From the human T2T-CHM13v2.0 reference genome, Homo sapiens: 64,000 bases of DNA. Position 1 is the first letter of the stretch. Each line of letters starts with the position of its first letter. A model generated the notes under the pieces. The model worked only from the letters and a program-made list of their open reading frames with translations. It ran no database searches and was not told where the DNA came from. Shown one piece after another: positions 58,866-64,000 of the stretch. Made by a program: the position numbers and the translations under genes. Location: assembly GCF_009914755.1 (NCBI RefSeq), contig NC_060936.1. The stretch is one strand, 5' to 3'.

Positions 58866-60874
58866 TCTGAAACAAGCAGCACAACCTTGGGTTTATCTCC
58901 TCTACATTCTAAAGTAGGATGATCAAAGTCATAGTCATGATTCACTAAGTGTACGGATGAGTTATCGTCAATCTCTGCCACAAACTCTCCACCAACACAC
59001 ACACAACTCAAAAGATTTAAAAATAATTTTTATAGAAGATTAGAGAAGTTTTAGGTATCCTTAACTGTCAAAAGTCTATTGCTCATATTTACTGAAAGTC
59101 TACCACCTATCTTATTATTATTTTCCATATTATTTTCACTGTTCATTAGACTTATAACAAACATTTTCAAAATTCTGGAAAATCATGGGCAGTGTGTTTG
59201 TTTCTTCTATGAATGCTTAATTAATACCCCATTGACTGGGCTGGGCCCGGTGCCAGATGCTGGACAACCCAATAGCTTCATTTTAGACTCTCCCTAGGAG
59301 AGAATTTAACACAGCAACTCCTGACCCAGGTGAAACTGCCACCAAAGGTCCACGGGCGTCTTCTCTGCAACTCTATATTACACCATACGGGTACAAACCT
59401 GCATCAAAACACAGATGCTGTCCAGATTGCCCTTAGACTTTCTTCTGTGAAAGAATAATTCACACCTGCAAAATTTAAAGGCACCATGTAAGGGTTGCAA
59501 TATTTTCAACAAATGCAAGATGTTTCTCATTCATTACAATTAATCAATGCTGGGTGGGGAAGGTGGTTGGGACAAGGGCCACAATCAATGAAAACACAAA
59601 ACGAAGCCTGCTCTACTGTGTCTTTATACCTGCCTTGCACTTTGTGTGCATCCTCACACGTGCCAGAGTCAGGGGATTCCATCATTATCCTCTTTAGAGA
59701 TGATGGAAAGGAGGCTCAGACAGGTTGTCTATTCAGGGCAATGCTTGTGTCTCAGGCTTCCTCATAAGATGCTTCCTACAGACAGGATCCTACAGATGCC
59801 TTGTGCCTAGGGACTTCTCCATAACTAGTTCTTTATTTGCAGAAATAAATGCGGATAAGAAATTATTTTTATTAAGGTCAGGAGCAAGGAGGAAGAAAAT
59901 GTCACTTTTTTGTGAAATCTTGTCCGTGTTTAGATTTAAATGAATTTGCTGAAGGAAAGTCATCTGAAGTCCTTTTATCAATAGGAGTCATAATGACTTG
60001 TGTACTTTATTCCCTCTTTTATAATAAGGCATTTTCCTGACTCAATCATGGAGCATCCCAAGTTGAAAAATATAAATAACATTTTGCTGGCTCTGTGTCT
60101 GAGATAAAAATTCCACATTTAACAGTAAGTAACCATTTCCCCTGCCTGGGTTATAACATAGATTAGGAAACCAGGTGTTTAAGTTCAGAGGCCCCACATG
60201 TTACTGTACCTTGAATTTCAAGGAAGTGAAAATAAAAGCCTGCCTGAGCGAATCTCAGGAGGCTGTGGTGCCAGAAGGTAATTATCACCTCCAGGTACCC
60301 AGGTTTGCTTTGCTGTGGACAGATGACCTTTTATATAAAAATCTCAAACTAGCATGCCGATTTCTACTTTCTACGTTAGAAAAAATGTTACTGAGGCTCT
60401 GAGCGGAAAAAGGCAATTATTGTGTTCAAGGTTCTTTCTCTGTCATCTGACAGCTGAAGTTAAGAATTTTGGGTGATGCATGTCAATCCATTTTGCTCCA
60501 TCCTTATCAGTGCTGCTAACCCATGAGCCTCCTCCACTCAGGTGCCTTTTGCTAGAGTGGTTTCAGGGACCACAGATAACAGGAAGAAAAGCCAAAAACC
60601 ACAAATGAGACTTTATTTTCCACTGACCAGACAGTGGGACTCAGTTTAAAAGCTTGACTTGGGATTTTATAAAAGTACGCTCAACTACAACAGACTTCCC
60701 AGGATTCTTGAAACGTGATATTGATAACTGTGATCCAGCCACTGTATTAATTAACCTCTTTCTAGCAATGAAAAGTACGTACATAGGTTTCAAATAATTT
60801 CTATTAGGGAGAATGCAACATTATGAACAGTGTGATTTATATCTTTTCTTCAGGCAGGAAATAAATTGCAATGG

Positions 60875-61900
<1,026 letters not shown>

Positions 61901-62214
61901 TTCGGATTTGGTTGCAAGACCAAAATTAAGACACCGTCATTCAGTATGACTCATTGGGACCAAATTGGTTTCTGCATGGGCTGGTAAATCTAGATGTGTT
62001 TCTGAATTTTGGAATATCCCTTAATTACATGCTTCAGTAGGCTTTTATCCAGTGCTCCAGCAGCTAGTGACTTTCCCTTCACTGGGGCCAGGAAATTTTA
62101 GTTTTTCTTATTGTTTTAAATGATTGATCGGTGCCATGAGAAGTCAACTTAACCACTGGTATATTTTACTGTGAAATGTGTAAGTTATTTATACATAGCA
62201 ATAACAAAATAGAA

Positions 62215-62549
<335 letters not shown>

Positions 62550-63654
62550 TAATAAAATAGAAATATAACTAACATGGCGTAGAGTCAAGATTCTATTTTT
62601 CAAATAGACCATAAAGGGAAGCGTGCTTGTATAAATGCAAAAAGAATAAATAAAAAAAGACATTTCAACCTAAAATGCTTTTTAAATTACCACCCCAATA
62701 CAGTTTAATTGTAGCCTCAGATCAATAGTTGTAAATACTTTATTACAAAAATAATGACTTTCATATACTCTTTTGTGAATATAAAAGATACCATCGTCAA
62801 AAATTTACAAAATAAAAAGGGAAGTAAATATTTCAATATCAATTATACACTCACCAAGAAGAACCATTTTTACTATATATTCCTCTATGCTTGTGTTACT
62901 TCTTATAAATACATACCTGTAATTATCAGGCTGGACATGCCGCATTGTAGCCTGTTTCCATTCAACAATAACTCATGAACCCTTCTGTGTATTAAATACT
63001 TTTCTACACATCTGTTTCAATGCATTTATTGAATTTCATCATATGAATCGTTTCTATTTTGTGTATCTAGTTTCCTATTGCGTACATTTAAACTAATTAC
63101 TATTCTTGCTATTGTATATATGTATTTGATAATTGCATTGTTTGTAGTCTTCGAATATTTTTTGAATATTTAAACCCACATATACCCTAGGATAATTTGG
63201 AGAAGTAGCATTGCTGGGGTTTCACACGTTTGCTCACATAATTGTATGTTAAGAGTGGTCCATTTCTCCATACCCACCCATATTGCCCTGGGCAGAAATT
63301 TCCTTCTCTAATTGTTCGCTTGGTTCCAGATTAACACCACAGGCTTCTTGCAGCCTATGGCTTTATGGCTGACGGCTCCATGGGGAGCGCACTCCCACCC
63401 TCTTCTAAAGATTGGCTCAGAGTCAGTCTCTGCAGAACACTGAGGGCTCCTAACAGAATGGAGCAGCACCACTAGGATGGCCTATCCTCCAGAGGCCTGG
63501 AGAGAAGGAGAAACCATTCCAATTTCTTCCAACCCAGCACCCGACACACCTGAGTTTACTTCAACAAAAGGACAAACATAATTCGAAGAGGATAATTACC
63601 CTATCATCATGAAATAAAAACAAAAAACATGTTTTCCTGAGGAGATAGAATTCT

Positions 63655-63820
63655 CATCTGTCTGTCTGTATCTATCTAGCTAGCTAGCCAGCCATCTATT
63701 GTTTGTCTGTATCTATCTGTCTGTCTGTATCTATCTATCTAGCTAGCCAGCCATCTATTGTTTGTATCTATCTGTCTGTCTGTTTATCTATCTATCCTTC
63801 CATCTATCATCTGTTTCTAT
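63655..63820. repeat. (TCTA)/(TCTG) compound repeat derived from an Alu tail
   Basis: Tetranucleotide runs, with tagctagccagccatctattgtttgt present twice. Confidence 0.85.
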
Positions 63821-64000
63821 TTTGAAACAGGGCATTGTTCTGTCACCCAGGCTGGACTGCAGTGGTGCAATCATGGCTCCCCGCAGCCTCCACCCCCTGA
63901 GCTCTAGCCATCCTCCCACTTCAGCCTCCCTGGTAGCTGGGACTATAGGCATTCGTCACCACACCGAGCTAATTTTTAAATTTTTTTGTAGAGATGAGAT
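63821..64000 (-). mobile_element. AluJ (runs off the window end)
   Basis: gaaacagggc..tgtcacccaggctgg..aatcatggctc..catcctcccacttcagcctcc. Confidence 0.9.

Overview
Primate, almost certainly human, non-coding genomic DNA (intronic or intergenic, AT-rich, CpG-depleted). I can support no protein-coding exon, RNA gene or CRISPR array. Every ORF in the track is either a read-through of Alu, L1, LTR or microsatellite sequence, or a short chance ORF. Interspersed repeats dominate: about 17 Alus (J/S subfamilies), a 1.6-kb twin-primed (5'-inverted) L1PA5-like insertion inside an older L1, several ancient L1M/L2/MIR fragments, solo LTRs (THE1, MSTA, MLT1s, LTR1B-, LTR10-, MER66- and MER50-like) and DNA-transposon relics (MER1A, MER6B, MER53, MER58A, MER63, MER102, MADE1). 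Subfamily names come from my recollection of consensus sequences, not from a RepeatMasker run. The best second-look items are: a perfect 20-bp-stem hairpin in apparently unique DNA (48234-48284); a very recent ~100-bp tandem duplication across an Alu tail (40414-40622); target-site/L1-RNA microhomology that could explain the L1 inversion point; a CpG-retaining LTR1B solo LTR with an intact TATA box; 36-bp and 26-bp minisatellites; and motif-dense candidate enhancers (~24.9-25.4 kb, ~35.5-36.2 kb). I found no convincing novel multi-gene system.
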